Source of the DNA: Eledone cirrhosa
Lineage: Eukaryota
DNA: 64,000 nucleotides
Direction of reading: 5' to 3'
Assembly (NCBI GenBank): GCA_964016885.1
Contig: OZ024742.1
Span: forward strand, 304,048,001-304,112,000
Part shown: positions 12,364 to 25,794 of the stretch, piece by piece
Position numbering within the stretch: the stretch's first letter is position 1
How the letters are laid out: each line of letters opens with the position of its first letter
Notes under the pieces: model-generated
The model's database searches: none
What the model was told of the DNA's origin: nothing
Seen by the model: only the letters and a program-made list of their open reading frames with translations
Made by a program: the position numbers and the translations under genes

Positions 12364-15300
12364 AAGTGTGGACAAGCTAGAGTGGACATCACCTTATATA
12401 TGTCAGTTTTGTGTGCATGTGTAAATACAGATATGATGCAGAGTTTTCATCTACCACATTCCACTGAGATGGGATTTGTCTATACGATGCCATGCTTAAC
12501 ATTTTTTCGAAGATTTTGTGTCATGTAATAAAACCCAGTGAGTTTGCGAAACAAACACATTAACTACACATCTATGGATATCATTATCCATGTATATCTA
12601 TATTTGTTAATGTTATAACTTAGGTCTTTCCGAATACATTTAAACATAAGAAAATATGATGAGAATGATATGACTGGTCTTATAAAGATATACATTCTGC
12701 TCTTGTCATTCAAATATTCATATTATTTGTGCTTTTGGCTCTTTTGTACTTTAGTCGATTTTCCTGGTTGGCTTTAGTCAAAGACTAAAAGTAATAGTGT
12801 AGAATCGAAAACTTAAATTACGATTGATCAGAATCACATCAAATCAAACATTAGCCTTTCATGTCCTTTACTTTCCAAGAATCGGAAACACGAACTAACC
12901 TTCTCTTCATGCAGATGCGGAAATATATTCATCTAAAAACTATGTTTGTCTTTTATTTCACTTCTATTTTTAAAAAAATTACACTTGACTTATTTTTTAT
13001 TAAACACTCTTCAAACAATTTGCGAAATAATCTTCTGAAATGTTATCCCAGCTTGTCTTTATATTCGAATTTTAATGTAAGTCTATATTTGTAAGTTCGT
13101 GTGTGTGTTGTTATTTGCAAAGATAAAACACAGTAGACAAATAAAGATAATTATCCTTCAACATTTCTAAGGCAGCAAAAAGCAATTTTTTTTCTCTAGA
13201 TCAGCTTGGAATATAGGTTTTTCGCATGCACTATTCCATTGATCACGGAATATACCCGAATATCCTTTTTGTTTCAGGTTTTATGAATGTTTTTTTTCCC
13301 TCGAGTATAGATGTCTCTGCAGTAGCTAGATAAATACATTTGACTGTAAACTGAACTGAGTGACAGTGTTTAGTATTAGGTTTTACATATGGCTATTTTT
13401 ATATTTCCAGCTCAACTGATGTTTTAAGGTTGCAATTAATATTAATATAACTTGCAATTTAATGAATTATTATCGTTTCAGTATATTCAGGAACGCAATG
13501 AAGGAATATTTAACGAAAAAGCTGCTATTCCATTCTATTCATTTTAAAGTTTAAATGAAAAAACAAAAAACGTAGAATGATATGTGGAGAGAAAGATGTG
13601 ACAATGGTGTTATGGACAGCACTAGTCAAATTCTATAATAAACTGTTTATAGTTGAGGAGGTTCTATAGATTACAGACGTTCAACAAAACATCATTTTTT
13701 ACTTATTAATTACGTTACATATATTGCCATCAAAACCCTTCATAGTAAACTTTTCTATTCTGATACCTGTCTTGATGCTTTTTAACTACGAGGTTTCTAT
13801 ATGAATATCTTAATATCTACATCATATGCACACCGGAAAATTACCGAAATGGAATTGGTTTGCTCAATAAAAATGTCATGCCATGAGCACAGCCTCTCAA
13901 ATGAAACCTATGGGATTCCTGTAGTTTATGTTCGTATTCAGAAATTGCAGGTCGACAGCGGCGAAAACGACATGGTTAGAATAGGAATTCCGATGGATGG
14001 AGTAAGAACCTTCTTAGAAGCAGTGATTTATTTTAGCAGTTATTGCGCGGCATGTTATGTGGATATAATATGAGTAAAGAGAGAAGTTACGAGTGCGTTT
14101 GAAGTGATTGGATGGAATTTATTTGAGAAAGGCCTTGTTGAAATGCAAAGGAAAACAAAAAGCAAAAGTGTAGGCAGCACATTTGTTGACCGTATGTAGT
14201 TTGAAACGTGATTGGGGGTGATATCCTGACAATCCAGGCAGTAACCTTTTCTCGGAAGATGACTATGTTGTATCTCTGTGCAACAAATGAACCATCCTAA
14301 TTATCAGAGCAATATATAGTTGTAGGTATCAACTGAGCATAGTAAAGAGTAGTTGAAGAAGAATAACTATCTTTGTAATAGAGCCTAGCTGAGTTAAGGA
14401 TGTTAGAATATCATTACGTAGCCTCTATTTATGGAGATAATAAGTATTTAGTCTGAAGTGACTATGTTTTCATGTGGCGAACTCTCGGGACTAATAGGGT
14501 AAGAAGAAATTAAGGAAAATATATTTACATAGTGTGTGGTTGGAAATGACGGGAGATTAGTCGATAAGGAGTAGGAGAGAGTCTGTAAGAGAAAAAAAAA
14601 ACAACAAAAAAACGGAAAAACTCAGATTTAATAGACTATGTGTCATATATTGCTTTGAGAACACACATCACCATACAACAACGTGGCAGAATGCTACGAG
14701 TGTAACAGATGATAGACGGATAGAGACCATAGATGGCGAGTTTTCTTATAGATTCGTACGTCATATTCGATTGAACGCTTTACAAATATGAAGGGCAACA
14801 AGTCTGCTTTTACGATTTCATTTTTATTTGCTGGAAACTTACTCTTCACAGGAGTGGTTTATACTACTTAGATGGGTTATGCCTACAACAAAAACTAATA
14901 GAGTTAGGTTTAAAAATAGATATATTTATATTACCTATTCAATTAGTATAGAAATTGTGCAGAATATATTAAACGTGCTAGGGTTTTTAAGACAGGTAAT
15001 ATTCTCCATTTTGTATAATTATAGAAAGGTGGGTTCAACGAATTGAAGTTCACAATAGCATCAACAAATTTTATAAAGACGAAATTCTTTCGATGGTATA
15101 CGCTAAATAAAAATTACCCTATACTAGTTACTCAATTCTCCGACATATAGCAAACACCCTTTATATTCAATATCCAAAACACCTCGTAAATTTTCTGTAA
15201 GAAGGCGGTTAGTATTGTGCCTTTGTTCTTTTGTAAAAATACATATTTTCCTTGGGCCCATTAATTTGTAAGAAGCAAACCAAAACAATCATATATGACA

Positions 15301-16319
15301 AAGCTATTGTTGCATAAATTCATTTCATGAAAACGTGCCAAAATGAAGACGTAGGATGAAACCATCCAGATAAAACGTAGGAAAACAAACACCCTTGTTC
15401 TAGTGTTCCTTTTATTCTCAATACTCTATTTGTGACGATACGAAAGTATTATTTACAAATTTAGTATTTTCAGACATATATGACGCCAAATTTGCAGTCA
15501 TACTTCAAAGAATGTATCACCAAAACAATACCTGTCAACCAGGCATATGATAATACTTTTTCTTCCTTATTTCAAACAATAATTGATTTTACTTCACATT
15601 TTTTATTTTGCATTTTTTTTCAAAATTCGTTGCCTAATTTATTTTTGTTTACTTTTCCACATTTTTTCCTTTACACCCCATTCGTTTCATAATTATCCTC
15701 CTCTTTAAATTCCATTTCCAACTCATCTAATTTTGTTTTCAATAAGATTAAATATATATTTAATTAAGACACAGAAGGAGATAAAATGTCTGTTCTCATT
15801 TTCCGCTCACACACATACACTCTTTCTTTCCCTTTCTTTTTATCACTCAGCGTTCACAGCCTCTAACCCTCTCTCCACACAAACACACACACACACACAC
15901 ACTCATATATATATCCAACATCATTGTTTTTCTCTCTCTCTCTCTTTCCCTCTCTCTTCGATTATACATACGCACAATACTGCACAGTCTCTTTACATCT
16001 TTGCTTTGTTAACTTGCACAACAATATACTACGTAACCTTCAAACAACTAATATATATACCTGACAAGGATACAAAACATATATATGTGCTTGAAAATCA
16101 TACTGACACCATGTTTTCACAGAAAATGTCGACATCTCATAGATTCACACCGATTAAAACTTACATGAAGAATAGGAGTACATTGTACAGAGTAAGTTAA
16201 AATCCCTCTAAAAAGCATAACAATCGAAATAATAATAACAGCAACAACAACAATGATGATAATAATTTAAAAGTTGATGATAATGATGATGATGATGACG
16301 ACATTGATTATTATTATTG

Positions 16320-16357
<38 letters not shown>

Positions 16358-16882
16358 GTGCTGATGATGCTGATGATGATAATGGTGATGATAATAATAA
16401 TAATAATAATAATAATAAGAAGAAGAAGAATAACAATGCATGCTAGAGAGTGTAAGAGATGCTATCGAAAAGTTGCAAATTGGATATATTTCGATTGTGA
16501 GATGTTTGGGATGCCAAGTAAAAAAAAAAAAAAGGAAAATAAATCGAAAGAAAAACACCAAATAAAAGACTAAGCTGAAGAATTGCATCCCGAAAGAAAA
16601 ACAACATCAACATAAAATGAGGAGAGGAAAACAAGGAAAATACAAAGCAAGATTATATTAGAGCTGTTGTGTTTCATTAAATTCTCGATGGTGAATGATA
16701 AATAAATAAGACTAGTCTTACAAAAACAAGTAAAACAAATGTTTCTACTTAAGTTAAAATACTGCATTGTAAAGTAAGAAAGCTTTGATGTAGAATTTAC
16801 AAAACAGTCAACTTAACCTCTCTGGTGTGTACGTATTTTATGCTATATATATATATGTGTGTATGTGTGTGTGTGTGTTTGT

Positions 16883-16915
<33 letters not shown>

Positions 16916-17154
16916 AGTGTCTGTGTGTGTTTGTGTGAGCATGTCTCTCTCCCCCTTCTCTCTCTCTTTCTCTGTATATATATATATATATATGTGTGTG
17001 TGTATCTGTATGTATGTATGTATATATATATACACAAACTGAGAGAAAGAGAGCGAGAGAGAGAGGATAAAGTCTTCTGGAATCACTGAGTTTCACGTTA
17101 CCGATTACTCATTCGACGTGCACAAACCTTGATAATCAGTAGAACGCGGAGTAC

Positions 17155-17551
17155 TCCTTCCTACATGTTGATACCAGACTTTAAGACCATCTGTGTAAAA
17201 CTGAGGATCATGCAATTTAAACCATGTCAAAGCGGCTTTTTTTACATACTCAACTGGGGATCACCTTCAACCCCATCTCTTCCACTTATCAATTTGGAGG
17301 TTGTTGATTTCTTTGGGGGCATTGTCCACAACGTCAATGATTTGGCTGCTTTTCCACCTTAGTTTCCCCATGAATTTGATATTTTGTTGTTCTGACTGGC
17401 GCCACCGAGTTGCAACATGCATTTAAGGGTTCGTGTTATAACATATTATGACACGTTAGTACGAGAACGTATAGGTGTTTTGACATTAAAATCCCTGCAT
17501 ATGATTTTTAGCTATGTACTTTTTCCACGAACATTCTAAAGTCCCCTTGTA
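17155..17551 (-). mobile_element. Internally deleted, decayed mariner transposon (Hsmar2/irritans-like)
   Basis: Minus strand begins TACAAGGGGACTTTAGAATGTTCGTGGAAAA (mariner-type TIR after TA). It encodes N-terminal NIKFMGKLRWKSSQIIDV..DNAPK and C-terminal VKKAALTWFKLHDPQFYTDGLKVWY, which match recalled Hsmar2 transposase termini. Confidence 0.72.
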
Positions 17552-17993
17552 TGAATGTAAATAGTTTTACAGAAAACAGTTTACGTGCTGCGATTGACGT
17601 GAAAATATTGGGGTTAGATATACGAGCAAGAATTTTGTATATATCTCTCTATATTTTGTAAATGGTAGTGTTTTTTGTTAAATAATTCAAAGAAGGCTAT
17701 TATTAAAATTGCTAGCATGTTTCGGAACATCTGATCATATTTTGTGGATTTTGTGGCGATGATGTGATTGCTGTTGTTGGTGCTTGTGTTGCTCACACTA
17801 CTTTTGTCTTTGTTGTTCTCTATTTTGTCAGGCCCACGTATTCAGAAACATTTTCCATCTGTGCCCATAACCTGTTTTCTAATGTCTTTGTCTCTGTTTT
17901 CGTGAAAATTGCGGTGTGCGAGTTGAGAAAGGTTTAGCTTATCTGTACGCAATTTGGCTATCGCGTTAGTTCCAAGAACCTGTATAATTTGAA

Positions 17994-18031
<38 letters not shown>

Positions 18032-19223
18032 GTGTGAATGTGTGTGTGTGTGTGTGTGTTCCTGATTTGCAACGTTGAAATTACTGAAAGCTTTATTTTA
18101 TTTATAGGTACATTGCCGATGCAGTAAAGAAAAAAGTAGATAGCAAAAGTTAAAAGAAACTTGAGGTAGAACCATAAGATTGAATTTTAGTCACGTTTCC
18201 AATAACACACGCAGGCTCGCACACAAGCACGTACATATGCATCATATATTCATATAGAAAAATACTCACACAATCACACAGACGCACAGACGCACAGACA
18301 CACACACACACACACACACACCCATATATATATATATATCACTTTTACATATATATGTATATTTATCGCTTTTATATATATATGTATACTCACATACATA
18401 AATGTATATAGATTTTAAACGGTAGTTTATTATTTTTTTAATTCGTTATCTTCTTTCTTTAGAACTTATGGACATCTTGGCACTATTTCCGTTGACGGTA
18501 GGTTTTTCAGGTGTTCTAAGAACATCTTGAACTACCATGAATACTTAGATCAATGCTTCCTTCTATTACCTTCCCACCACATCTACTTCCAACTTGAATT
18601 TGCTGAAATGTTAAAGTTCTTACTTGCCTTACTTTACACAGAAATTTCAAAGGGAATGTTTATAAACTGAAATGAACCAATTGCCCTTCTCAATTTCAAA
18701 CTCCACCCCCGTTTCTTTACACTCGCTCTTCACCAAACACTCTCACTTTCCCATCTTTGACTATCTATCCATCCATCTTCCCCCTCCTTCCTATTCATTC
18801 GGTTTAGTTCACTACAGCATCATCTCACACGGTTATTTAGAAAATAGATCCAGTTTGAGAAAAGATAGTAAACGAACTTCGTCTCATTTAGCTTTTGACG
18901 AGAATTCATTTTAAAATGATTACGTACGTAACTATAGTGACATGCGACGTCAGAATGATATAACTAATGTATTTGTTTGAATTTCTTTTGTTTCCAGCTT
19001 TTGTTCATATATTTGTTTTAAATTCTGTAGAGAGCTTAAAGTTAATTAATTTATAATTTTATTGTTGCTTACGTTTGTCATTTATCTGTTAGACATTCAC
19101 ACATATCTTACTGAAATGTATGACAAGGCTAAGAAACTCAAAGGAAAGTATTTCTTATACAATCACACTTATAAAATATAGGAACGCATTCGTTCACACA
19201 TATATTCCTCTGTCAATATTTAA

Positions 19224-19357
19224 ATGGCAGAATCGTTAGAGCTTCGGACAAAAATCTTCTGTTATATGTAGAGTTCAAAACCTGACAAAGTCAGCACTGA
19301 CTTCCATTCTTCTGGAGTTAATAAAAGAAAGTATTGTTCAATTATTGGGATCAATAT
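19224..19357 (+). mobile_element. Highly decayed tRNA-derived SINE
   Basis: TGGCAGAATCGTTAGAGC head, GAGTTCAAA B-box and a degenerate central domain. Confidence 0.55.
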
Positions 19358-20859
19358 CATAGAATGTTCCTCTTGCCTTCTAGCTGTAAAAGAAAATATT
19401 ATATTTACTATATATATAATCGGTATCTAAAAATGTTAGCAACCACTGAGGGGATAAATTTCTCTGACATACGAATGTAGAAAGCTGATTTTTGAACACC
19501 AGAAGTGCAGTGAGCTGACGAAGAAACGATTTATATCGCAACGAGATCGGGAAACTCAATTCTAAGCAAATATTATAGTTTTCTAGCTGCAACCTTCCGG
19601 ACTAGTTGCGTAGCCGACGCCCTGGAATCAGTTAACGTCGATGCCTATATATTATCTCCCTTTGAAATAAATGAAGTATATAGAAGATGCGGTTGCATAG
19701 GAAAATGGGTTAATCGGATGGGCGAGAAGTAAATCGTCAGAGCTTGATGGTGTGTTCTACATGTTGTATTATTATACACCTCCCTTCCACCTCACTGTCC
19801 TGGCAACCGCCCTCTTCATCTGGCAGCAAACACATATCATTCTAAAATGTGAGCTTAGAAGTAGTGACACAGTTGACGAAGACTCCAACATGGCTGGTAT
19901 ATTAGATAATTTTAGGTCTACTAAAATAGAGTTAAAGATTTTGGCAAATGTTTTCACCAAGAAGTAGAAGAATGTCACAAGAAAGAAAATGAATGCCAAG
20001 TATAAGAAAGAAAGAAAATGCCAAATAAGAATGAAGAAAGAGGATAATGAAGAAACAACGTGAGATGTCAGTAATCGATAACTGTGTAGTCAGGGATGTC
20101 AATGTAATTGCGGCATCACGTGTTTGCCTCGCTACCGTTCAACAACATGGCTCCCTGGTGGCAAAGACTAAAGAGGCAGACTGGCAGGGTTTAAATTTAA
20201 TTAATACAAAGCTCTTGATATGTACACTGCAACGGCCTTCAAACGAGTTAGATTCTACTGGCTTTGCAAAAGGTATAAATTTTCTGCGTGTGAAATTGGA
20301 ATCAGTGGCGGACGTGAATGAACAAGGGATTTAGTTATAAGACGTAGGTATGCAGTAGGATGAAGATAATTGTGTTGGCGGATTGAATGTTTTCTGTTGT
20401 GGTGTTGAAGTGTTGTTGTTTGTGGTATCGGATGTTTATGGTGATGGATGTAGAAAAAGAGGATTTATTTGTGCTTATTGCCTATAGTAGTTTTGGTTGT
20501 TAATCGAGGTTGTTGTATTATTGCTGGTCGTGGTCGCTGTAGTTATATTGGAAATTGTGTCAATGCTATTGCTAGAATCTAGATATGTCGTGTACTGGGA
20601 TAATGTGTGGTGTGTGCGAAGAATGTATATGCCATGCTTCTGACTACGTGTCACGTTGTTTACATCACTCCGTAAGTTGTTAGAAGTATTGCTGCTTTTG
20701 TTCTTCTGGGATATTGGTATTGATAATTTTCTTGCTGAGCTGACCATTACTGACAGGTCAGTAGACAGTTACTTGTAGTTATTGAAATGTTAATAAAAAG
20801 TAGATAATCGAGAATTTATTGATTTTTTTTTTAATATATAAAGAAATAACATCGTCTAT

Positions 20860-21062
20860 GGGAGCAGCCAACAAAGTACAATTTTGGGAGAGTGGTAAGT
20901 TGATTAAATCGACCCCAGTTTATTGCTGATACTTTATTTTAGTGACCCCCGTAATGATGAAAGGCAAAGCTAACTTCGCTGGGATTTGAACTCAGACCGT
21001 AAATGGCCATAACTCTATGCCGCAAAGCATATTAGCTGATGCACTGCTGATTCTGCCAAACT
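20860..21062 (-). mobile_element. tRNA-derived SINE (Meta-domain-like central region)
   Basis: GATGAAAGGCAAAGCTAACTTCGCTGGGATTTGAACTCAGA is the reverse complement of the family B-box and core. Confidence 0.8.
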
Positions 21063-21424
21063 ACTCCCCGAGATGAGATAATATAAGGAAGGGTAATATG
21101 CGAGAAGAGAATATCCTCTCCTCGAAGCAGATATAAATATTGATATCGAGTAATGAGTGGCTGACATGACTCTCTTAACCTCCACTACAGTCAGTGAGTA
21201 GAGTGACAGCAACACCAACAGTAGAAACTCTTAAACTGTAAGCACTATGAAGAGCTACAGACTCACTTGTGCTACAACTTCTACCACTACCTCTAGCAGA
21301 ACAATGTGGCTACTATCATAGGCAGAGTCACAAGAAGAACCAGAACCACAACAACTACAATAACCCTAGGAACTTTACCAGCAACAGCAACAACAAAAAC
21401 ACGAGCAATATCGGGTCAAACAAG

Positions 21425-21645
21425 GTGACCTCCACATGGTCACACGATCTGCTAGAAATAGCAGTGAAACTCCTTGAAATCACTCTAGCTTCTAAGAAAT
21501 TGATATATGTTTTGTTGTAGTCCTGTTCCTTATACGCATGAAAAGAATGGGATGGTCATGCCTAGAATGCCTTTGGTCATAAAACTGTTCAGTTAAATCT
21601 AACCTAGAGCTATACTATAAAAACAAACAAAAAACAACAACAACC
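21425..21645 (+). repeat. Old dispersed repeat with (CAA)n tail; related inverted copies at ~4100-4300 and ~28060-28200
   Basis: GGGATGGTCATGCCTAGAATGCCTTTGGTCATA...AACCTAGAGCTA...AAACAACAACAAC, with weak reverse-complement similarity to the other two sites. Confidence 0.4.
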
Positions 21646-22179
21646 GTCCCGCACAATTACAAAATAAAGAAAGAGAAAACAAAATTTTGCATGCGTATGT
21701 ATGTGTACCTATTTTAACATGCAAAGCTTTCTAAATCCCCATGAGTACGTGTAAGAAGTATTCTAAATGTGTTAACAGGAATAGAAAGGAAAGTAAATTG
21801 AGTAAATTGTCCGACTTTGTTTCAGTTCAAGCAGAGATTACATTACGAGAAGTGTGGACAGTCTCACATAGAAATGTGTGTAAGTGTGTGTCTTTATATA
21901 TAAATTTAGATCAAATGGATTGATAATACAAATGTATAAGAGACAGATATTTAAAGCTCAAATACGATTTTATTATTCAGGGTAAGATTGGTAAAAGACT
22001 GCAGAGTTTTCGAATTCTTCATCTTTGGAATAACTCGGCATGCAGTTCGTAAAGAAATATCTTTTTTTTATATTATCTAATGGTTCTGACAGTTTCTATA
22101 CAGAGAAATTAAATGCTTACCCGCTACTGTATTCGAATGAAACACGTGTTAATCAATTAAATAATGTATTAAACCCTGG

Positions 22180-22213
<34 letters not shown>

Positions 22214-22332
22214 ATAATAATAAATGTGAAGACTAATATCCGAAGAGAGCTCGTTAAGGATTATATATATATATATTTTGTTTCTGAATTTGTTTAGCAA
22301 GATTCTTTATCTGAAAACGTGTGTTGAAACCG

Positions 22333-22631
22333 ATATTGTTATGCTTTGTGAGGGTCATGTTGCCAATCAGAAACACATGCACCAGTTGCTTTCACTCCAG
22401 GTCAGAACAAAGGAGAGGCACAAAAACAAAGAAAAGAATCCCCAGAAACTGAAGAGGTCACAGAAAGTGTGACGAAAGAACTTTGACAATATATGAACAA
22501 CCGTCCGGTTGTGGAACCAACCAACCGGAAATTTATAAATTCTTAAATTTATAAATTTATTTTATAATAAATTGGAGTGAAAGCAACTGGTGCGTGTGTT
22601 TTTTATTGGCAACATGACCCTCCCAAAGTAT

Positions 22632-22638
<7 letters not shown>
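22333..22638 (+). mobile_element. Fold-back pLTR-like element (arms 22333-22399 and 22573-22638) with a hammerhead core in the spacer
   Basis: ATATTGTTATGCTTTGTGAGGGTCATGTTGCCAAT pairs with ATTGGCAACATGACCCTCCCAAAGTATAACAATAT; followed by (TA)n. Confidence 0.8.
22449..22483 (+). ncRNA. Hammerhead core with decayed stem I
   Basis: CTGAAGA-G-GTCAC agaaagt GTGAC-GAAA-GAAC-TT. Stem I pairing is poor. Confidence 0.5.
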
Positions 22639-22676
<38 letters not shown>

Positions 22677-22787
22677 GTAAATAGAAATAACAACACAATC
22701 GGTACAGTATATGGAAGGGACATATTAGGTTAACGCTTGATATAGCAGGAACGCTAGTTCTTCATCAGAAGAAAGAATGAAAAATAA

Positions 22788-22997
22788 GATAGATTGAGGG
22801 GACGGGCGGGATGGAATTGGAGAAAATGTCTTTAGATAAAAATAACAGGTCCATTCATGTTGACATCTCTTGAAAAACTGTTGGTGCTGGCGTTTTGTAT
22901 ATGATTTAGATTTTAGAAAAGATGATGGAACGCGTCTACCTGAAAATGAAAAAAAAACCGTTTTGTAAAAAGGGCAATACTTGAGCACGTGCATAAG

Positions 22998-23061
<64 letters not shown>

Positions 23062-23062
23062 C

Positions 23063-23093
<31 letters not shown>

Positions 23094-23300
23094 TGTGTTA
23101 TTATACGTCCGTACGAAGCTAATAAGAACTGTGTGTATATGTGAGTAAAAGAGTGTGTGTGTGCATGTAAGTACGAAGCTATGAGCAAAAGTATGTTAAT
23201 ATAAGGGTGTGTATGTGTGTATACAGAGCAGTAAAGAGAAAAGTGGAGTGAGCATATCTAGTCGGCTATATCTAGTTCCTGCTATATCTAGTCGGCATGT
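22788..23300 (-). repeat. Dispersed repeat, inverted paralog of 43120-43561
   Basis: GATGGAACGCGTCTACCTGAAA and AAATAACAGGTCCATTCATGTTG match the reverse complements of TTTCAGGTAGACGCGCTCCATC and CAACATGACTGGACCTGTTATTT. Both copies share an internal (CA)n. Confidence 0.8.
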
Positions 23301-23504
23301 ATTAGTTGTAAGAGAAGCTGCTAAGGATCAAGAGAAAGCGATAGTCCTTCATCAGTGATCTTCCAACCTTCATTGGTATTTCATCGCTTTAAAGACCATA
23401 TACCTCCGGTTGGTGCGAGCAACGGCGAAAGAAAGTCGTTGGGACACGTAAATAAGGGGAACGAGCGAGACAGTAAACAATCAAAGATGGTAATGCAACG
23501 AAAA

Positions 23505-23742
23505 GTGAGGAAGAAGGAGTCAAGTCCCTAAAATCGATGAACATAAGTTCTGTAAAATCGTGGACGAGAGAGAATAAAGACAATCAAACCTGGTCGAAAT
23601 GTGAGCAAGGAAAGAATTTCGCACAGGTCAAACGGGAGGAAGAAGGGGTAAAGTCCCTGAATTCGATGAACATAAGTTCTGTGAAATCGTAGACGAGAGG
23701 GAAAAATAAAGACCATACAACCTGGTCGAAGTGTGCGTGAGG
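23505..23742. repeat. ~129-bp tandem duplication
   Basis: AAGTCCCT..A.TCGATGAACATAAGTTCTGT.AAATCGT.GACGAGAG at 23522 and 23651. Confidence 0.8.
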
Positions 23743-23773
23743 AATATTATATATATATATATATATATATATT

Positions 23774-24110
23774 TATTAATAAAAGGAATTCCCACTTTGT
23801 TTGATTTACTCGTTTTATTTACAATCCTTTAAAATTTATAATGGTATTATAATGAAATAGTATGGTAGAATATTAAATGTTAAGTGTTAATTGAACAAGT
23901 ACTTTCATGCTTTCGCAATCTTCAGGTTCATAATGTGTGGTGACAGTCAAGTTTGCAATTTTCAACATTTAATATTCTACCATACTATTTCATTCTAATA
24001 CCATTATAAATGTTAAGGGATTGTAAATAAAACGGGTAAATCAGACAAAGTTGGAATTCCTTTTATTAATATAATCTTCTATACACAATCATACACACCC
24101 GTGTATATTT
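23774..24110. mobile_element. Fold-back pLTR-like element (arms ~23774-23882 and ~23964-24072) with a minimal hammerhead in the spacer
   Basis: TATTAATAAAAGGAATTCC...GTAGAATATTAAATGTT pairs with AACATTTAATATTCTAC...GGAATTCCTTTTATTAATA. Lies between (TA)n and (CT)n(TA)n. Confidence 0.88.
23892..23930 (-). ncRNA. Minimal (39-nt) type I hammerhead ribozyme
   Basis: Minus strand: TGAAC-CTGAAGA-T-TGC GAAA GCA-T-GAAA-GTAC-TT-GTTCA. Stem I TGAAC/GTTCA, GAAA tetraloop on stem II, palindromic AAGTACTT, CUU triplet. Confidence 0.82.
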
Positions 24111-24135
24111 ATCTCTCTCTCTCTATCTCTCTCTC

Positions 24136-24222
<87 letters not shown>

Positions 24223-24227
<5 letters not shown>

Positions 24228-24432
24228 GTTGACAAGGTAACACACTAGCGAGAGATAGTACGCCATCAACATTCACTGGTGGTTTTTCCCTGTTTTATTG
24301 ATGGCGCACTATCTCTCTCTAGTGTGTTACCTTTCCAACATATTGTATTTTAAAGAGCTCAGGATTCCTTTTCGTTTGAGCATATTATTGACAGGTAATA
24401 GCGAGAGTCTATGGCTCCGTTAATTTATCGTG
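24223..24432 (+). mobile_element. Short fold-back insertion in (TA)n (arms 24223-24269 and 24298-24344, plus one-sided extension)
   Basis: AATATGTTGACAAGGTAACACACTAGCGAGAGATAGTACGCCATCAA pairs with TTGATGGCGCACTATCTCTCTCTAGTGTGTTACCTTTCCAACATATT. Confidence 0.8.
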
Positions 24433-24524
24433 ATATATATATAAATATATAAAAAAAAGGGTGAAAGCAGCGATTCTTTGCTTAAACTTTAATCTGTTAT
24501 TTTAATAAATAAATAAATATATAT

Positions 24525-24655
<131 letters not shown>

Positions 24656-24674
24656 ATAATCTATCCCGGCATTT

Positions 24675-24817
24675 GTTAAGTAATTTTCTGATCGGTCTCG
24701 AAAAGGTGAAAGGTAAATTTGACATCAGCAGAATTGAACTCAGAGATCTCAAACAGACGGCACGAATATCATGAACATTTTATCTGACGTGCTAAAGGTG
24801 TTGCTAATTCACTGCCT
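24675..24817 (-). mobile_element. Decayed tRNA-derived SINE
   Basis: GGTGAAAGGTAAATTTGACATCAGCAGAATTGAACTCAGA resembles the family core. Confidence 0.55.
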
Positions 24818-25794
24818 ATCCCCTTAAACATTTTGTCATTATTTCCAACAATTTTGAATTGGCTGATATTTTTGGAGTATTCTCCCTTGCATTAAAAAAA
24901 AAAAGATTTTAAAAACCACTAGATGTGGGTTTGTCATCTAATTGTAATTATAATCTCACTTAATCGATTTTTTACTTCACTAAATTACATATGTGCAACT
25001 CTACCATATCTGTATTATTATTCTTAACTAGGCATATCCAACAGATATGTTCACAGGTGGTCCAGACGTAACCATCCTATTTTGCGTTTCTCTCACTATA
25101 TTTTCCTTCTCTATATGGTGGAAGACAGTGAGTGAATGAATCGACTAGGTGGAAATTAATTTCGCGGTAGTGTTGTTATGTTTAGTCATAGAGACTTTCA
25201 TCCACCTGATATTTGTTTTCGATTATGAGGGTGTGATTAATGATAGAGTGATATAGTCATGCTGGAAGTATTTTTGGCACACACAAATACGTGGTTAGTG
25301 GACATAACGAAATAGCAGTAATGATATCAGTAGTGATAGCAGAATGATAGAAGACTAGTAGTGACAGAAGTGATATATTTTGAGTGAAGAAGAGATGAGT
25401 ATGGTATTTATTGTGAATTTTGATGTGGTGATTGTGTTTCTGATACAATAAGCACATGAGCGAGAAATAAAGACGTGGGTTCGATCACACTGTCCGGACA
25501 TTTCACCGCGTGTATTCTACTATGACATTAGATTCACCTAAGGCTTGTTTATAAAACTGGGATGATGGAAATGGTGCGGAAACACGAGAATAACCTAGGT
25601 CTGTAATTCGAAGACCAAAGATTTTCAGACAATCTATATATCTAAAACAGAGAATGTCTGGCAGTCTCTCTGTCTGACACCCTAAAACTCGAGAACCACC
25701 CAAACGATTGTTTTCAAACTTAAATAACACATGTAATACTTATGGTCCTTTCAAATTCTGAATTCCCTAGGGACCGCATTAGGCGATTTAGCGA

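Noticed and set aside
13900-14600. Possible decayed GIY-YIG/PLE remnant on the minus strand (CLDC...NYIRST)
   Set aside because: Too degenerate; only one short motif.
17075-17145. CTGATTA...GAAAC on the minus strand
   Set aside because: Core mismatch and weak stems.
22720-23365. CTGATGA plus small hairpins on the minus strand at ~22762 and ~23349
   Set aside because: The GAAA half of the core is missing; at best unrecognisably decayed.
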